A stretch of DNA of 64,000 nt from Hypanus sabinus. Taxonomy: Eukaryota. A program made the position numbers and the translations under genes. The stretch spans positions 62,001 to 126,000 of the forward strand of contig NW_026779226.1 in NCBI RefSeq assembly GCF_030144855.1. Reading direction: 5' to 3'. Positions within the stretch are counted from its first letter, which is position 1; every line of letters starts with the position of its first letter. The notes below the pieces were generated by a model. The model saw nothing but the letters and a program-made list of their open reading frames with translations, was not told the DNA's origin and made no database searches. Below, one piece after another: positions 1-13,769 of the stretch.

Positions 1-759
1 AGAAGCTGAATCATGCAGCCCAAATCCAGCAGAGCTTTCGGTGGAATAGCGTTAATGTAAAAATCCACGCTCTCCCATACGGAATAAACTGTCAGCAGCG
101 CCCACAGCAAAATGAAATTCCCCGACATCACCAGCAGTAACAGCAGGGATTGCCTTCGTCTCTTCATCTCCGGGTCGGCGGGCGTCTCGCCATCGCGCGA
201 ACCACGGAGTCTCCTCCGGGCTCGGCTGGCCACTAAGACGTGCCTAATGGTTAAAGTGTTTAACAGAAGAATCAAGAGAAGGGGGGAAATTGGGGTGAGG
301 AGGAATTTAATAAGCAGAAATGTTGCCTACTGAGATCGGGAAAAACGAAAACAACTCAAACAAAGCACGGACGAAGTCATCATCGAATATGACCCATCGA
401 TCAAAAAGTACCAGAATATGTTCTTTACGCAGCTCAGCAGAGTCACTGCCCCAAGAACCAGAGCCGCCGCTCTCCCGGTGCAGTATTTTCGATCAAATCG
501 ATCAAAGGTGAACGTGAAGGTGAACCAGACAGAACAGTCCGTGGCGGTGTAGAACACGACGGCGTGGATATTACACACGGGAACACGAAGCGACCAGAAC
601 AAAACGTCTCATGGCATGTAACTCATCGGAATCTTGCTCAATACCAGATCGAAGAGAACGACAACTGATCCGCTGCTACCATGGCAACCAGGTACATTGT
701 GACGCCTTTGGAGAGACCGCACTTTCCCCGCGACAGGATGACGATTGTCACCACGTTCG
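1..759 (-). pseudogene. GPR139-like GPCR paralog A, exon 2 (pseudogene; runs off window start)
   Basis: Acceptor ...ctccacatag|CG AAC GTG GTG ACA ATC; homologous to paralogs B and C (NVVTIVILSRGKCGLS, DCSVWFTFTFTFDRF, MSGNFILLW). Lesions: 1-nt deletion near 662, TGA at 609-611, in-frame loss of ~8 codons after DRF, TAG at 327-329. Confidence 0.92.
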
Positions 760-939
760 CTATGTGGAGGGAAATAAAGAGCATTACCACAGACATGGAT
801 GGAAGCTTTCTCTGAAAACAACTATTTTAATCGACAGCATTTCGCCGAGCAGAGATTGACCTGTAATCAATGTATGTACTGAGGAGATTTTCGGGAGCCA
901 TTATTGAATGGGTAGTGATTATAATGTACATGATTCAGT

Positions 940-1320
940 TCAGAATAAAGAGGGAAATCTCATTGATACCTACCGAATATTGAAAGTTGAATTGATAGAG
1001 GAGGTGGAGAGGATAGTTTCTGTAGTTGTGGAGTCTACAACTAGAGGTTGAGGGTTTACAATAGAAATGCATCTATTTAGAAAATTGTTCAGACCGAGGC
1101 TGGCGAATATGTTGAATTCCACGACACAGCCGGCTGTGGGAGTCAGTTCGTTGTAAACATTTGCAGCAGACAGTGATGTGCCCCTGATTCGTCGGAGAGT
1201 CAATGGATATGGAGAGTGGTAGCCAGAACGTGGTTGAGAGGGGTAATAAATCAACTATGAAGGAATGGCGGAGAAGCGTCGGTGCTCAAAGGACCGAATT
1301 CAACTCTCGATCCCTATGGG
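940..1320 (+). mobile_element. CR1 LINE 3' fragment; homologous fragments lie just upstream of exon 2 in paralogs B (~16190-16460) and C (~42600-43030)
   Basis: Degenerate RGDLIETYRILK..DR...RTRG..I.....FR coding, in the same position and relative orientation in all three GPCR introns. Confidence 0.7.
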
Positions 1321-1659
1321 CTAAGCAGTGATATTAATGGATGGCTGCAATGTATTTGGTCTTTGGCGTCAGGAAATGGAGCTGAAAACGGGATGCGATA
1401 ATGAACTGATTACTGATTAAGTGCCAAGTATCACGGCGACGGAAATTCAATTTCCTTCAACTGTAAACTCGAGAGAACTTTAGAGCAGAAGAACTGAAGA
1501 AATAGCAGCTGGCATACTCCAGCTGTTCGGACTGGCAAGCTCCGCCATTGAACTTGATCATGGTTGATGTGACCATGGACTCATCGCCATCTGCCTGTTT
1601 TTCCCAACAAAACCTACACCTACTACGCAAAAATCTTTCCAAAACTTTGCTAAAATATG

Positions 1660-2230
1660 TTTATTGAGGAAGCCTCCACTACTTCACTGGGCAGAGAATT
1701 CCACAGCTTCACGACAGTCTGGGAAAAGTAGATCCTCCTCATTTCCGTCCTAAGTTCACTCCTCATTTATTGTCTCACCCACCAGTGGAACGAACTTTCC
1801 TGTCCCTGTCTATCCCGTTCGCATTTTACATGTTGCGAAAGGATCGGCTCTGATTCCTCCGAATTCCAATGTGTACCGTCTCAGGCGGCCCAATCACTCC
1901 TCAAAGACTCGCCACCTCATGTCTAAAATCAATATGCGGAAGCGACTACAAGGCCAATGAAACACTCCTAAAGACAGGGAACTAGACCTACACTGTGTAC
2001 TCCAGCTGCCGCCTCATCAGTACCTTTTGCAGATGCAGCATAACTCCCCCCAGCTCTTAAAATCACCCCTGTAGCAATGGAAGCCAATATCTCATTTGCC
2101 TTCTTGCTAGCCTGTTGTTGGTGCAAACCAACCTTTTGTGATTGAAGGACAAACACACTGAACTGCCTACACTCGGCAGCATACTGTAATCGTTTACCAC
2201 TTAATAGCATTCTGTTCTTCCATTTATCGT
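1660..2230 (-). mobile_element. CR1 LINE ORF2 3' fragment
   Basis: Reverse-strand CR1 C-terminal motifs (FQ.RVV.LWNSLP; G..LRAG..MLHLQKVLMR..LEYTV). Confidence 0.6.
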
Positions 2231-2529
2231 TCCCAAGAAGATACCTTTGCCTTTAGCAAAATTGTGCCCCGTCCTCGCAGACGCTAATACTTTCGCTGAA
2301 ACAATCGATGCCCGTCTGCAGACTCCCAGATTTCATTACGCTATTTGTGTAGACGGTAGATAATGGCAATAATGATAGCCAGGTGATCTCATTCACTTTA
2401 AAACTGGGGTGTCGATGTATCTATTTATTTATTTAGTTGTTTATTTATTTGTTTGTTTGTTTATTCATTAATTCCTTCCTTCCAGCGTTGCAGTCCTCTC
2501 CAACAAACTTCGAGAGAGCTTAATTATCA

Positions 2530-2800
2530 TACGATGTCCCAAATGGACTGTGGAACAAAAAGCACCGGAAGCATGTGTACGCTTCACAGAGGGTGCTGAT
2601 GTAATTTCCCAGAATACTGCCAAGATTAGAGGGTACGTTCTGTGAGGAGAGTTTGTGCGAGCTCGAAACTGTTTCTCTGGGACTGAAGCTGCATGGGAGG
2701 TCACTTACTGGCAGTGCTTGAGATGAGAAGAGACACAGATATCGTTTGCCTGACGGAGTAGTAACCGGAACGCTGAGAGCCCCAAAGCAGGAGAGGGAAC
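2530..2800 (+). mobile_element. Old CR1 fragment shared with the paralog C intron (~37480-37740, minus)
   Basis: Decayed KDV.ALERVQ...RILPGLE...EERL.EL motif; the sequence aligns by eye between the A and C introns. Confidence 0.55.
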
Positions 2801-2948
2801 GTCCGTAAATCACTCAGCCGGTGTTGCTGAAGACTTACCGGTTTGAGAGACCCGCCATAGAATTAACTGGTCGTTAGAAGACAGGTATGAAAGAGAAGCT
2901 GATTCATATTTCTCAACGTTAATCATGAGGAAGAGACGAGACACTTAC

Positions 2949-3111
2949 CAGGGACAGCTACAATGGCGAGTAGAGGATAATAAACCAGTTGGACGGTCTC
3001 AGGCGCATGATAGATTCGAGTTTCCAGCGGATTTTTGAACAGATATAGAATGAACCATTGAAAATTCTTTACAGATGCAGCAGCGTTCAGCGATGCATTT
3101 TACAGATCCGT
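2949..3111 (-). pseudogene. GPCR paralog A, exon 1 (start codon lost, premature stop)
   Basis: Reads ACG GAT CTG TAA ... QLVYYPLLAIVAVP then G|GTAAGT donor. B and C have ATG GAT at this position; TAA is codon 4 and no in-frame ATG follows. Confidence 0.88.
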
Positions 3112-3253
3112 TGCTGGAATACTCCAGACTCCTGTTCCCGATCCAGCCTCTCTCGATCTGGAACCCGCTGGTCTCTGGTAGCGTGGACTAGCAGCCCTCA
3201 CTGAAACTTCCGTTGAGAGGGAGACATATTCATAGAACAGTGAACCAGCAGCC

Positions 3254-3276
3254 ACACCTCCGCGGTGACGTCGACA
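3254..3276 (-). promoter_or_regulatory. Conserved proximal promoter/5'UTR motif of the GPCR paralogs (CRE-like GACGTCA core)
   Basis: ACACCTCCGCGGTGACGTCGACA is identical at 20258-20280 and has one mismatch (reverse) at 37015-37037. All copies lie ~150 bp upstream of the ancestral ATG. Confidence 0.45.
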
Positions 3277-3899
3277 ATCCCCACAGACTCTCACTTAATT
3301 AAATTCTATGGTGTAACGTGCAGTTAACCCTTTATTTGCAGACAATCAGAGAAGCAGAACAAACACAGATTGTAAATGTATCTCATAATCTCATCAGCCG
3401 CCTGTCCGCCGATGCGAGCTGCATCGGTAAGTGGACACAAAATTGAGAAATTTATTGACACAGAGTCAGGCACTGACATACAACTAATATGGAAAGGAAG
3501 GTAAAGGCAGCAAACAAACAATAAAATAAATAATAACAATGAAATGAACAGATTAAATTATAATTGAATATTTTTCTGAGTGGTCCGCCATTCCTTCTCA
3601 CAGCGCAGTATTTGTTTTATGTGTATGTGAGGCCGAATTGCGAGCTCGACACTCAACCCGGCACGGCGTGAAAGCATTCCAGGGACCGGATCGACTGGTT
3701 TCCAAAGCGGCAACCTTCGGTTCGGAGTTCGGTTATGACGTCACTGCCCCACTAGCCGGCATGTGTAGATTGAACATAATATCGTTTGATAATTTCGCAA
3801 TAATAGTCTTGAAACAGAGTTTTGCGCAGCGGCCAATTGGGACGTCGGGTGATTTGGGATGAGAGGACTTCAATCAGCAGTTGTATTAAGGCGACAGGG

Positions 3900-4900
3900 G
3901 GTCGTTACAGTGAGGAATATCTTTGACCAGCGACTAGGAGGCGTTTGCTGTTGATCAGCAAGAGGAAGGCAGGGTCAAATGCAATAGGCCACGTCTGAAT
4001 GGACCGTCAAGCAGGTGATCTTCATGGATCCGCTCGCCGATGTGTCAGCTCAGGGAGGCTTCTGTCTAACGAGGCAAAGAAAAGTAAACCACTCCGTTCT
4101 TTTTTTTCTATTCTGATAGGAGACCAGAGGCTCATAAGCAGAATAGCTGAATGCCCTATTGCGGTAGCTGAGAAGGCATGGAGAACTCCAGTAACCCTGA
4201 CGATTACAGCTGCGAGGGCTGCGTTCAGCTGCAGCTTCTGACAATCCGCGTTAAGCAGGTGGAGCGGGAAATGGAGAAACTCCAGAACATTCGGGAGTCT
4301 GAAGCGTTGATGGACAGGAAATATAGAGAGGGAGACACACCTAGGGCGCAGGGCACAGGAAACTGTGTGGCAGTCAGAAAGTGGAACTGTCCCTGTGGCC
4401 ATCTCCTTCAACATTATGGATAGTGTAGTTGGGCCCAGGAGCGGGTGAATGCCTTGACAGTGTTCAGTCACGGTGATCGGGTCTCTGGCACTCAGTTTAC
4501 CACTGTAACTGAGAAGGGAAGTGGGCGGTGGGTTGTATGATTACGGGTGATATGAGGTAAGGCAGGTTTTAGTGATAAGATATTCGTTAGTCAGTTTTGT
4601 GGGCAGGAGGTTCCATCGCCGGCAACGTCAGGGTTACCTCGGACCGAGTCCTCAGCATTCTCTACTGTGAGGCTGAACAGCTTGAAATTGTGGTCTACAT
4701 AGGTACCAATGCCATGGGTACAAAGAGTGACGATGTACTGCACAGGCGGCTCGGGGAAGTAGGAGCTCATTGAAAGGACAGGATCTCCAGGGTTGTGATC
4801 TTTGGTTTGCTCACCGCTCCATGTGCCTGTAGCAGAGCGAGGAAGTGTATAAAGTTTAAATATTGGCAATCTATAAGCAGTCCTCTGAAAATAAATGGGA
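3900..4900 (+). mobile_element. CR1 LINE 5' UTR/ORF1 fragment upstream of GPCR A
   Basis: ORF 4178-4423 PDDYSCEGCVQLQLLTIRV...IRESEALMDRKYRE matches the CR1 ORF1 N-terminal zinc-finger/zipper region, followed by decayed SGNH-esterase motifs. Confidence 0.7.
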
Positions 4901-4959
4901 GACTGCATTACACATCCTCCCCACAGACTCAACAGATTTGCATAGAGACATACATTGAA

Positions 4960-5210
4960 AACCTATAGAACAATACTAGCCTTTCGGTCCACAAATGTGT
5001 GCCGAGCATATCCCGACGTTTGAAGTAACGAGGATTACGAAAGCCCTTTATATTAGTAAGCTCCATGTACCTATATAAAAGTCTCTTACAAGACCCTAAC
5101 GCCTCCACCACCGTTGCCGGCAGCTCATTCCAAGCACTCAACACACTCTGAATAAAAAATATTACCCCTAATATCTCCTCTGTACCTAATCCCCAGCACC
5201 TTAAACAAAC
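4960..5210 (-). mobile_element. CR1 LINE 3' tail
   Basis: SAWNELPATVVEA...LYRYM....KG motif and ctatggtt-type tail on the minus strand. Confidence 0.6.
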
Positions 5211-6739
5211 ATGTGTGCTCTTGTGGCATTACTCTGACACTTTCTAAACACAACCCACAATGATCGCACAGCTTACGAGCCTCTGCAACATATTTCTAGT
5301 CAGCTGATGCCATTCTTTGCCCGCAGAGCCACGCTACCCACTCTGCAAGTCTTCCTATCCCTCCGATACAACGTGTAGCCTTGGACATTCAGTTCCGAAA
5401 TGTGCCCAACTTTCAGCCTCTACTCAGCGATAGCCACCACATCCTACAAACAAACAACCTTTAACGGTGTCAGAGGTTGATGCTTTTTCTGCCTTCATTC
5501 GGACCAACAAGTCAGTGACATTCGGCTCTTTACGAGAGAGTGAAGTGATACCGCTCAGTTACAGGTGGGGAGTATGTGTGTGAACGACAGGAGAGGGAAG
5601 AAGAGGAGTAAACAGCCAGTGCAGAACACTCTGTGGTCGTTCACATCAACAACAGGTGTACCAACTTGGATATTGTTGGCGGGACTAAAGACCATGGGAA
5701 TGCCGCAGCGGCCTGGTCTCCGGCACGGAGACCAACGCGGTAGCTCAGAATGGAAGGGAGAGAGGATGAGTTACAGGGGCTGAGCTGTTGGAGGAGCCGA
5801 CGGGAGCTTCAGTGGAGACACCGAGATGGTGGAGAAAAAAGCCAGAATATGGCTCAATGATACTGACCCAATACAGAGTTGGGTTCTCAAAAAATGTCTC
5901 AACTCTTTTGTCACAATATCATCATACCCTACAATAATATCCTTCGACTCCTGATTTTGTCCTACCGTGTATCCGTTTCCGCGGTGAACTCCGATGTGAA
6001 TTAATCCTCAAGGATTTTCCGAAATTCCTGTCTCCAGATAACCTATTTTCTTCCTAAAAAGGCCTGATATACTCTCGCTCCCTTTTTGCATACCTTCTCA
6101 GTATCCCTTGTTTCAACATTCGTGCTTTGTTTAATAACGCCGAATATCTGGCTCTATATCGGATGACTAAACACTAAACATCATTTATTTCCCCCTGTCC
6201 ATCTCGACAATATTTTGAAACAATTAGCTTCTTGAAAATTGCCACGAGTTGCTCAATACTTAGCTTCATGCTCAGAAAAAAAAAACATGACGTTACTGAG
6301 ATCAATATTATAAGATAAACATGTCATGTGTGGATTTAGACCCTGCGGCGATTCTTAATGAACGTTCCCCAGTTCCTGCGCAATGCATTCGCCAAATTGA
6401 GCGCTGTGCCGTGAATACCAGCCTGGTCATAACCATTTACGACCTTAATACTTGAGCAATTATGGGCACTGTTCCCAAAATGGTCCCTATCGAATTATTG
6501 ATAATTTGGTCGGCATAACTGCATATATTTTATTTATACATACTTGGTAGCATAGGAAATTTAACAGTTGAAAACTAATGTTCTTTATGTAAGATAGCAA
6601 TGGGGGCAAAGTACTGAGCTATGAACTTAAAGGTTTCTTTGCAGACGTGTTTGCTCTGGAAGGCGCTATCAGTGACTTAGAGTCCCGAGAGTGTCACCGA
6701 CCGGGAATGAGTGTCATTGCTATTATAAATGAAAAAGTG

Positions 6740-7720
6740 CTCTGCAGCCACAAAGGGCATAAGTTGAGTAAATCTCCTGGGACAGATGGACTACATCCCT
6801 GTGTCCCAGAGAGGCTGCTGAAGAGAAAATTGATATATTGCTCATTTTCTTTAAATAATTGTTTGATTCTGGCAAGGCTTGGAGGACTGGAACATTATAA
6901 ATGTGACTCCACTCTTTACGAAGGGTTGAAATTAAAAGATTGGAAATTTCAGGCCTCTTAGCTTGATCTAACTGGGAAACTGTTGGAGTACATCATTAAG
7001 GATGAGATTGCGAGTTACTGGGACACTAATGATAAAATAACAGAAAGTCAACAGTGTTTCCCTAAATGGAAATCTTGTCTGACAAGTCTGTTACAGTTCT
7101 TCGATGAAGAGACAAGCGAAGATGGTAGATAAAGGTGAGGCAGTGGATGTCATTTACTTGGATTTTCAGAAGGTGTTTGATAATGCGCCACAAATGCGGC
7201 TGCTGAACAAGGAAAAAAAAAAACTATGGAGTTAAAAGGAAAGATACTGGCATGGATAGAGGAATGACTGAGTCAGGATGCAAAGAGTGAGAATAAAATA
7301 ACTTTCTTGCAGATGGCTGCCGATGACTAGAGGTGTTCCCCAAGGTCAGAATTGGGATATCTGCTTTTCACCTTCTTTGTTCGTGATTTGGGTAATGGAA
7401 TTAATTGCTATGTGGCAAAGTTTGCAGAAGATGTGAAGATTGGTGGGGTGGGGTAGGTAGTTCGGACATGATAGGGTCGATGTGGAGAAAATGTTTCCTC
7501 TGGGGGAGGTGTCCATCACTGGAGGACACGACCTCACATGTGAAGCGCGACCGTTCAGAACAGTTGCCGTGGAGACAAACGCCGTGTGGATATATTCAGA
7601 CTGGAAATTGATCGTATCCTGATCTACCGGGGCATCAAATGATACGTTGTGAAGGTAAATCTATGTGTTTGAGTAAGTTCTGGGATCAGCCATGATATAA
7701 TGGCACAGAAGACTCCATAG
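6740..7720 (+). mobile_element. Decayed CR1 reverse transcriptase fragment(s)
   Basis: KSPGTDGLHP, YLDFQKVFD, GVPQG and KFAED motifs with stops and frameshifts. Confidence 0.75.
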
Positions 7721-8009
7721 CGCAATGGTGTATTTCTGCTCCTGTGTTTAATGGTTCACTGGACTATTTAAATATTTTATTCGCAATCATTATTTACTGC
7801 TGTTTTGCATTTCCCTTTGTATTAGTCCCAGTCTGACCACTCTGCGTGACTCCTTTACCTTTGGAACTTACTGAAATCCTTCTGCTTTTCTCTTGTCGGC
7901 AGGTCGATTGACGAACACAGCCTACAACACCAGTTTCCTGCCGCCAACCCCACTGTATTCCTCTTCCGATAGAACACATGGCCACGATTTCCTTCAGCGT
8001 CAACGGAGT

Positions 8010-8600
8010 CAAAGTAAATTTATTATCAAACTATGTTATATCACCAAATACTCCCTTGGGGTTACTTTTCTTGTTGGTATCCAGAGTACAAAAGCGAAAT
8101 GCAACTGAAACATAGAAGTGCCATGCCAAAACTGAGACTATGCAAATAACCAATATGCTATAGATGACAAACTGAGCAAACAAGACAGAAATAAATTAAT
8201 GAATAACGAATGAATGGATAGATAGAAAGGGAGATCAGCTAATAGATAAATAAAAAAAAACTATCTGCACATGAGTTGAAGAGTCCATGAAAATCTGTCC
8301 ATAGCTTGTGGATTCATTTCAGATTTGAAGATAGTGAGGACATCCAGGCTGTTTCATGAGCCTGATAGATGCAGGGTGACAAATGTCAGTGAACTTGTTG
8401 TGTGGGAACTGCGAGCCCCTCCCCTCCGTCCCCACCGCAGCAGCGGGAAGTGTGTATGCCCTGATGGTGGAGGTCTTTGATGATCGATGATGCTTTCTTC
8501 CGTTAACGCTCTTTGTAGATGTGTTCAACGGTGGGGAGGACGGTCCCTTTCGATGCACTGGGTCCGAGTTGTTTCATGTTCCCTGCATTGGTCCACAGCA
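8010..8600 (-). mobile_element. L2/Rex1-group LINE 3' fragment
   Basis: Minus-strand ASIRLMK/SIIKD.HHP-like coding; similar fragment at ~13210-13720. Confidence 0.5.
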
Positions 8601-9029
8601 ATCTTGAAGGAGTACTCTCCTTCATGGTATTCTCAACAGTCTATGCATGGAAGTATGACAAACCTTTACCTGCCATCCCAAATCTGCGCAACCTTCTCTT
8701 GAAATGGAGGTGTCGTCCTGTATCTTTGTAACGGCACTTTTACAGAATGTAAAGGAAGAAAGGGGGTCCACTTCCCGATAAAGGGAGAAACGATCATTGG
8801 ATTCACAGAATGCGCGAGGGGTACCGACAGAGTACATTCATTCGGAATTTTCCAAGGAAGCGTATATGCGGCAACCAGGGGCTCAGTGTTTAGTATACAG
8901 ATACGCTAAAACGTTTCGAATTCAAGGGGGAACAGGGTTTGGGCTTCCAACAAATGTTGGCCAGGCCGACCGAACCTCATGGAATTCATCCCATGGTTAT
9001 TGAAGGCGGGATGATGGAATACTGATGGG

Positions 9030-10500
9030 TCCTTGATCGGCTTCCTCATGTTCCTTCCAGGTCTCGCTGCACTGGCCAGTGTTAATATTTTGTCTCTTTT
9101 TCAAAAGAGAAACGGTAAAAATTCCGGAAACATCGGATAAGTGAGGCTGACTTTCGTTATCTAGTCATTGGAGGCAAAAATAAATTGTATGTGCAGGATG
9201 TCCTGGAGTTAGCGAGAGCTAACATGTTTCTGTTCCGGACCGACTTGATTGGGGAATCTAAGAAGATGACGATAGAGATTTATGAGGGTAAGGCCCTGGA
9301 TGCTGTCTACATGGTTTCAGTCAGGCGATTGACATTCACCAGCTAGCGTGTTTAATCCAGAATTTTAAGAGGCAGGGGATCGGCGGCGATTTGGCTGCTT
9401 GGACTCAGAATATACTTGCGAATTGACGGCAGAGAGAGATGACTGAAGACCGATCCGAGACGGAGATTTGTAATTCGTGATGCTCGGCAGTGATCTGTAC
9501 TGGGATCCCTGCGGCTTGCCATGTATATAAATGACCTGGATGAAAATCTAGAAGAGTGGGCTCGTAAGATTAGAAATGATACCAAGGGTGCTAGGGGTTG
9601 TGGCCGCTGTTGAAGACTGGCAAAGATTACAGCGAGACAGAGATGTGTTGCGGATGTTAACAGCCACAGGATAGATCGAAATTAACCAGATAAATCTGAG
9701 ATGCCGCACCGTGGTGTCAAGTAAATGTGAGGAAACAGTACACTGCTCGGGCAAGAACCATAACCGTGTTTCTGAGCAGAGCAATCTCGGGTTCCAAGTA
9801 CATATATCCTTGAAAGTGGCTATGCAGTTCGACAGGGTGATAAAGAGGCTTTTCGAATGCCTGATTTTATCTGTCGAATCAAGGACCTCCAATCAACAAA
9901 TCCTCACGATCAATGCCTGTGATCATCTTGTGCACCTCTGTGAGGACACCTCCCATTATCCCTCGAGCCAACGGGAAAAGGCCGAGTTCTCTCAAATTGG
10001 CATGCTCTTTAATCCAGGCAACATCCTTGTAAATCTCTTTTGCACACTTCTATGGTTTCCTCTTCATTCCTGTAGTGGGGCGACCAGAAATAAACACAGT
10101 ACTCCAAATGGGGTCTGCCGAGGGTCCCATATATCTGCGAGATTACTTCTTGGCTCCGAAATTAAATTCCAAGGTTGTTGAAGGTCAATACACCGTGTGC
10201 CTTCTTAACCACGCAGTCAAACTGCGCAGCTGTGTTGAGCGTACTATGGCCTCGGACTCTGAGATATCCTCTGCTGCTCCACACGACCAAGACTCCGCCC
10301 ATTAATACTGTGCCACCATATTTGACCTACCAAAAATTAATCACTTCGCATTTATCTGGGTTGAACTCCAACTGCAATTGCTCAGCCCAGTTTGCATCCC
10401 ACCAATGTCCGGCTGTAACCTTTGACAGCCCTCCACATTATCCACAACAACCCCAACATTTGTGTCATTAGCAAATTTCTAAACCATCCATCCACTTACT
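9030..10500. mobile_element. Nested CR1 fragments in both orientations
   Basis: YMVSVRRL, GSVLG..LA.YINDLDE on plus; LCSQLWSP/ERVQKRFTRMLPGL on minus. Confidence 0.6.
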
Positions 10501-10519
10501 CATCAAGGTCATTTTTTAA

Positions 10520-12122
10520 AAATGGCGAGGATTAAGGGCAGGTCAGATCTCCATGTCCTGACAGGATATTCCCTAGGACCTTGAGGGAAGTTGGTGTAGA
10601 AATTGCAGTGGCTCTGAGAGAAATATTTCAGAGGTCATTAGAGAACGGGATGGCGCCGGAGGATTGGCGTATTGCTCCTGTGGTTCCATTGTTTAAAAAG
10701 GGTTCTAAGTGTAAACCTTACAATTATAGTCCTGTCAGTTTGACGTCAGTGGAGGGGAAATTAAAGGAAAGTATTCTTGGAATTGGTGTATATAATTATC
10801 TGGATAGACAGGGTCTGATTAGGAATAGTCAGCATGGAATTGTGCGTGGAAGGTGAAGTTTGACAAATCTTATTCAATTTTTGAAGAGGTTACGGTGAAA
10901 GATGACGAGGGCAATGCAGTGTATACTGTCTATATGGACTTCAGTAAGGTCTTTGACAAGGTTCCGCACGTAAGGTTAGGTAGGAAGGTTCAATTGTTAG
11001 GTATTAATATTGAAGTAGTAAAATGGATTCAACAGTGGCTAGATGGGAGCTGACAGAAAATAGTGGTGGATAACTGTTCGTCATGTCGGAGGCCGGTGAC
11101 TAGTGGTGTGCTTCAGGGATCTGAACTGGGTCCAATGTTGTTTGTCATATACATTAATGATCTGGAAGATGGGGTGGTAAATTGGATTAGTAAGTAAGCA
11201 GATGGTACTAAGGTAGGTGGCTTTGTGGATAATTAAATAGGTTCTCAAAGTTTGCGGAGAGATTTATGACATTTAGAAGAGTGGGCTTAACGAATGCAGA
11301 TGGAGATTAATGCTGGTAAACGTGAGGTGCTACATTTTGGTAGGAATAATTCAAATTAGACATACATCGTAACTTGTAGGGTGTTGAAGAATGCAATAGA
11401 ACAGAGTGATCTAGGAATAATAGTGCATAGTTCCCTGAAGATGGAATCTCAAGTGGATAGGATAGTGAAGAAAGCTTTTGGTATGCTGGACTTTATGAAT
11501 CAGAGCATTGAGTACAGGAGTTGGGATGGAATGTTCAAATTGTATAAGGCAATGGTAAGGCCGAATTTGGAGTAATGTGTACAGTTCTGGACGCCGTATT
11601 ATAGGAAAGGTATCAAAACAATAGAGATAGTAGTGAGAAGATTTACTAGAATGTTACCTGGGTTTCAGCACCTTAGTTACAGGGAAAGTCTGAACAAGTT
11701 AGGTCTTTATTCCTTGTAGCGTAGAAGGTTGAGAGAGGAATTGATAGAGGTATTTAAAATTATGAGGGGGGTAGATCGAGTTAACGTGCATAGGTTTTTT
11801 TTTTTCCTTTGAGAGTAGGGGAGATTCAAACAGGAATACATGGTTTGAGAGTTAAGGTGCAAAATATTAAGGGTAGCACGATGGAGAATTTCCCTTCTCA
11901 GAGAGGGTTAGCTGTGTGGAATGAGCTTCCAGTAGAAGTGGTAAAGGCAGGTTCGGTCTTGTCATTTTAATTAAACATTGATAGATATATTGACAGGAAA
12001 GTAATGCAGGGTTATGGGCAGAGTGCAGGCCCCTGGGAAGAGGTGAGTGTAAGCGTCGGCAGAGACTAGAAGGGTCGAGATGGCCTGTTTCCGTGCTGTA
12101 ATTGTTATATGGTTATATGGTT
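10520..12122 (+). mobile_element. 5'-truncated CR1 LINE (RT domain through 3' tail)
   Basis: WRIAPVVPLFKKG..YSPVSLTS, YMDFSKVFDKVPH, QGSELGP, RPNLE.CVQFW; ends in an (atatggtt)n tail. Confidence 0.88.
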
Positions 12123-12169
12123 AGATATCACTGCTCACCAACCACCATGCTAAGCAGTTGCAGGTGCAG

Positions 12170-12920
12170 GAAAACCCAGGTAAGTGAGAAGTGGTTCATT
12201 TTGGTAGATCAAATATGATGGCAGAATACAGTATTAATGGTAGGACTCTTGGCAGTGTGGAGCAGCAGAGGATATCAGAGTTCAAGGCCATAGTACGCTC
12301 AAAACAGCTGCGTAGTTTGACTCCGTGGTTAAGAAAGCGTACGTGGTATTGGCCTTCACCAAACGTGGAACTGAACTACGGAACAGAGAAATAATCTCAC
12401 AGCTATATAGGACCCTCATCAGACCCCACTTGGAGTACTGTGTTTAATTCTGACAGCCTCACTACAGGGCGGATGCGGAAACCATAGAAAGGTTGCAATG
12501 GAGCATGTTGCCTGGATTGGAAAGCATGATTTATGAGTTCAGGCTGAGAGAACTGGGCCTTTTCCAATTGGTTCGAGGGATGATGGGAGGTGACCTCATA
12601 GCGGTGTATAAGATGATCACAGGCATTGATCGTGAGGATTGTCAGACGCTTTGCTCTCCAGGGCAGAAATGGCTGTCGCAAGAGGGCAGAGGTTTACGGT
12701 GCTTGGGAGTAGGTACAGAGGAGATGTCAAGAATATGCTTTTTACGCAGAAAGTGGTGAGATCGTGTATTAAGCTGCCGGTAACGGTGGTGGGGTCGGAT
12801 ATGATAGGGCCTTCTAATAGAATTTTGAATACTTACATGGAGCTTATAAAAATAGCGGGTTCTGAATAATCCTCGCCATTTCTCAGTTAGGGACATGTTC
12901 GGCACAACTTTGTATACTGT
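12170..12920 (+). mobile_element. CR1 LINE 3' fragment
   Basis: VVHFGRSN...Y.INGRTLGSVEQ, RPHLEYCV, GDLIAVYKM motifs. Confidence 0.75.
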
Positions 12921-12999
12921 GGTACAGATACTTCCTATTTACTCTGTCTATGACTCTCATAACCTTATAAACCTCCGTTACATCTCCCCTCAACCTCCA

Positions 13000-13140
13000 C
13001 CGCTGATATTAATTAATATTTAATTAATAGATAATTAAAATTATATAATTATATGTAATAATTATAATTATAGTTATATTATATATTCCCATTTTATTTG
13101 TTTATATATATATATATATATTATACATTCCCATTTATAT
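13000..13140. repeat. AT-rich low-complexity tract with (AT)n
   Basis: Direct inspection. Confidence 0.8.
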
Positions 13141-13769
13141 ATTCCCATTTAGTAAGTCTACTGAAATATGATATTAATAGTCAATTACTACAGAGAACAT
13201 CTGATATGGACCCCTTGAAATTGAGTCCATACCTCATAGGTGCAGATCACTGTCGGGGTCAGTGAGGTTCTGTGAATTTCTCACCTCTGCTGCAAAAGCC
13301 GAATGTTTCGGTGTGTTAACTGTTTTGATGGCGGCGCCTGTAGATACCTCCAGATAGCAGCAGTGTGAAGAGAGCATAGCCTGGGTGGTGGGGATCCCTG
13401 ATGATGGATTGGATTTTACTCTCTTGCTACTGCGTTCCCTGTAGATGTAGTTAATAATGAGGATGTTGTTATCCGTGAGGGACTGGGATGCATTTACTTA
13501 ATGAAAAAACATATTTACAGCCTGTAAAGGAACTCATACACTTGTTGTATAGCCATGACCACAGTACGGCAGCCGATGTCGCTCCAGCTGCTTTAAATGA
13601 CTCCCCACTGATCTTCTTGCTGGCGCTTAACCCTGTAAGCGGGATCAATGCTGCACCGGCGCGCACAAAGTCTCCCGCCCCGGCGTTCAGGGTCCCAAAC
13701 CGGCCTTTCTGCTGAGGTGACACTTCATCTCCAGTCTGCCGGTTCCGCCTGTTGTATCCGGTGTTGCCA

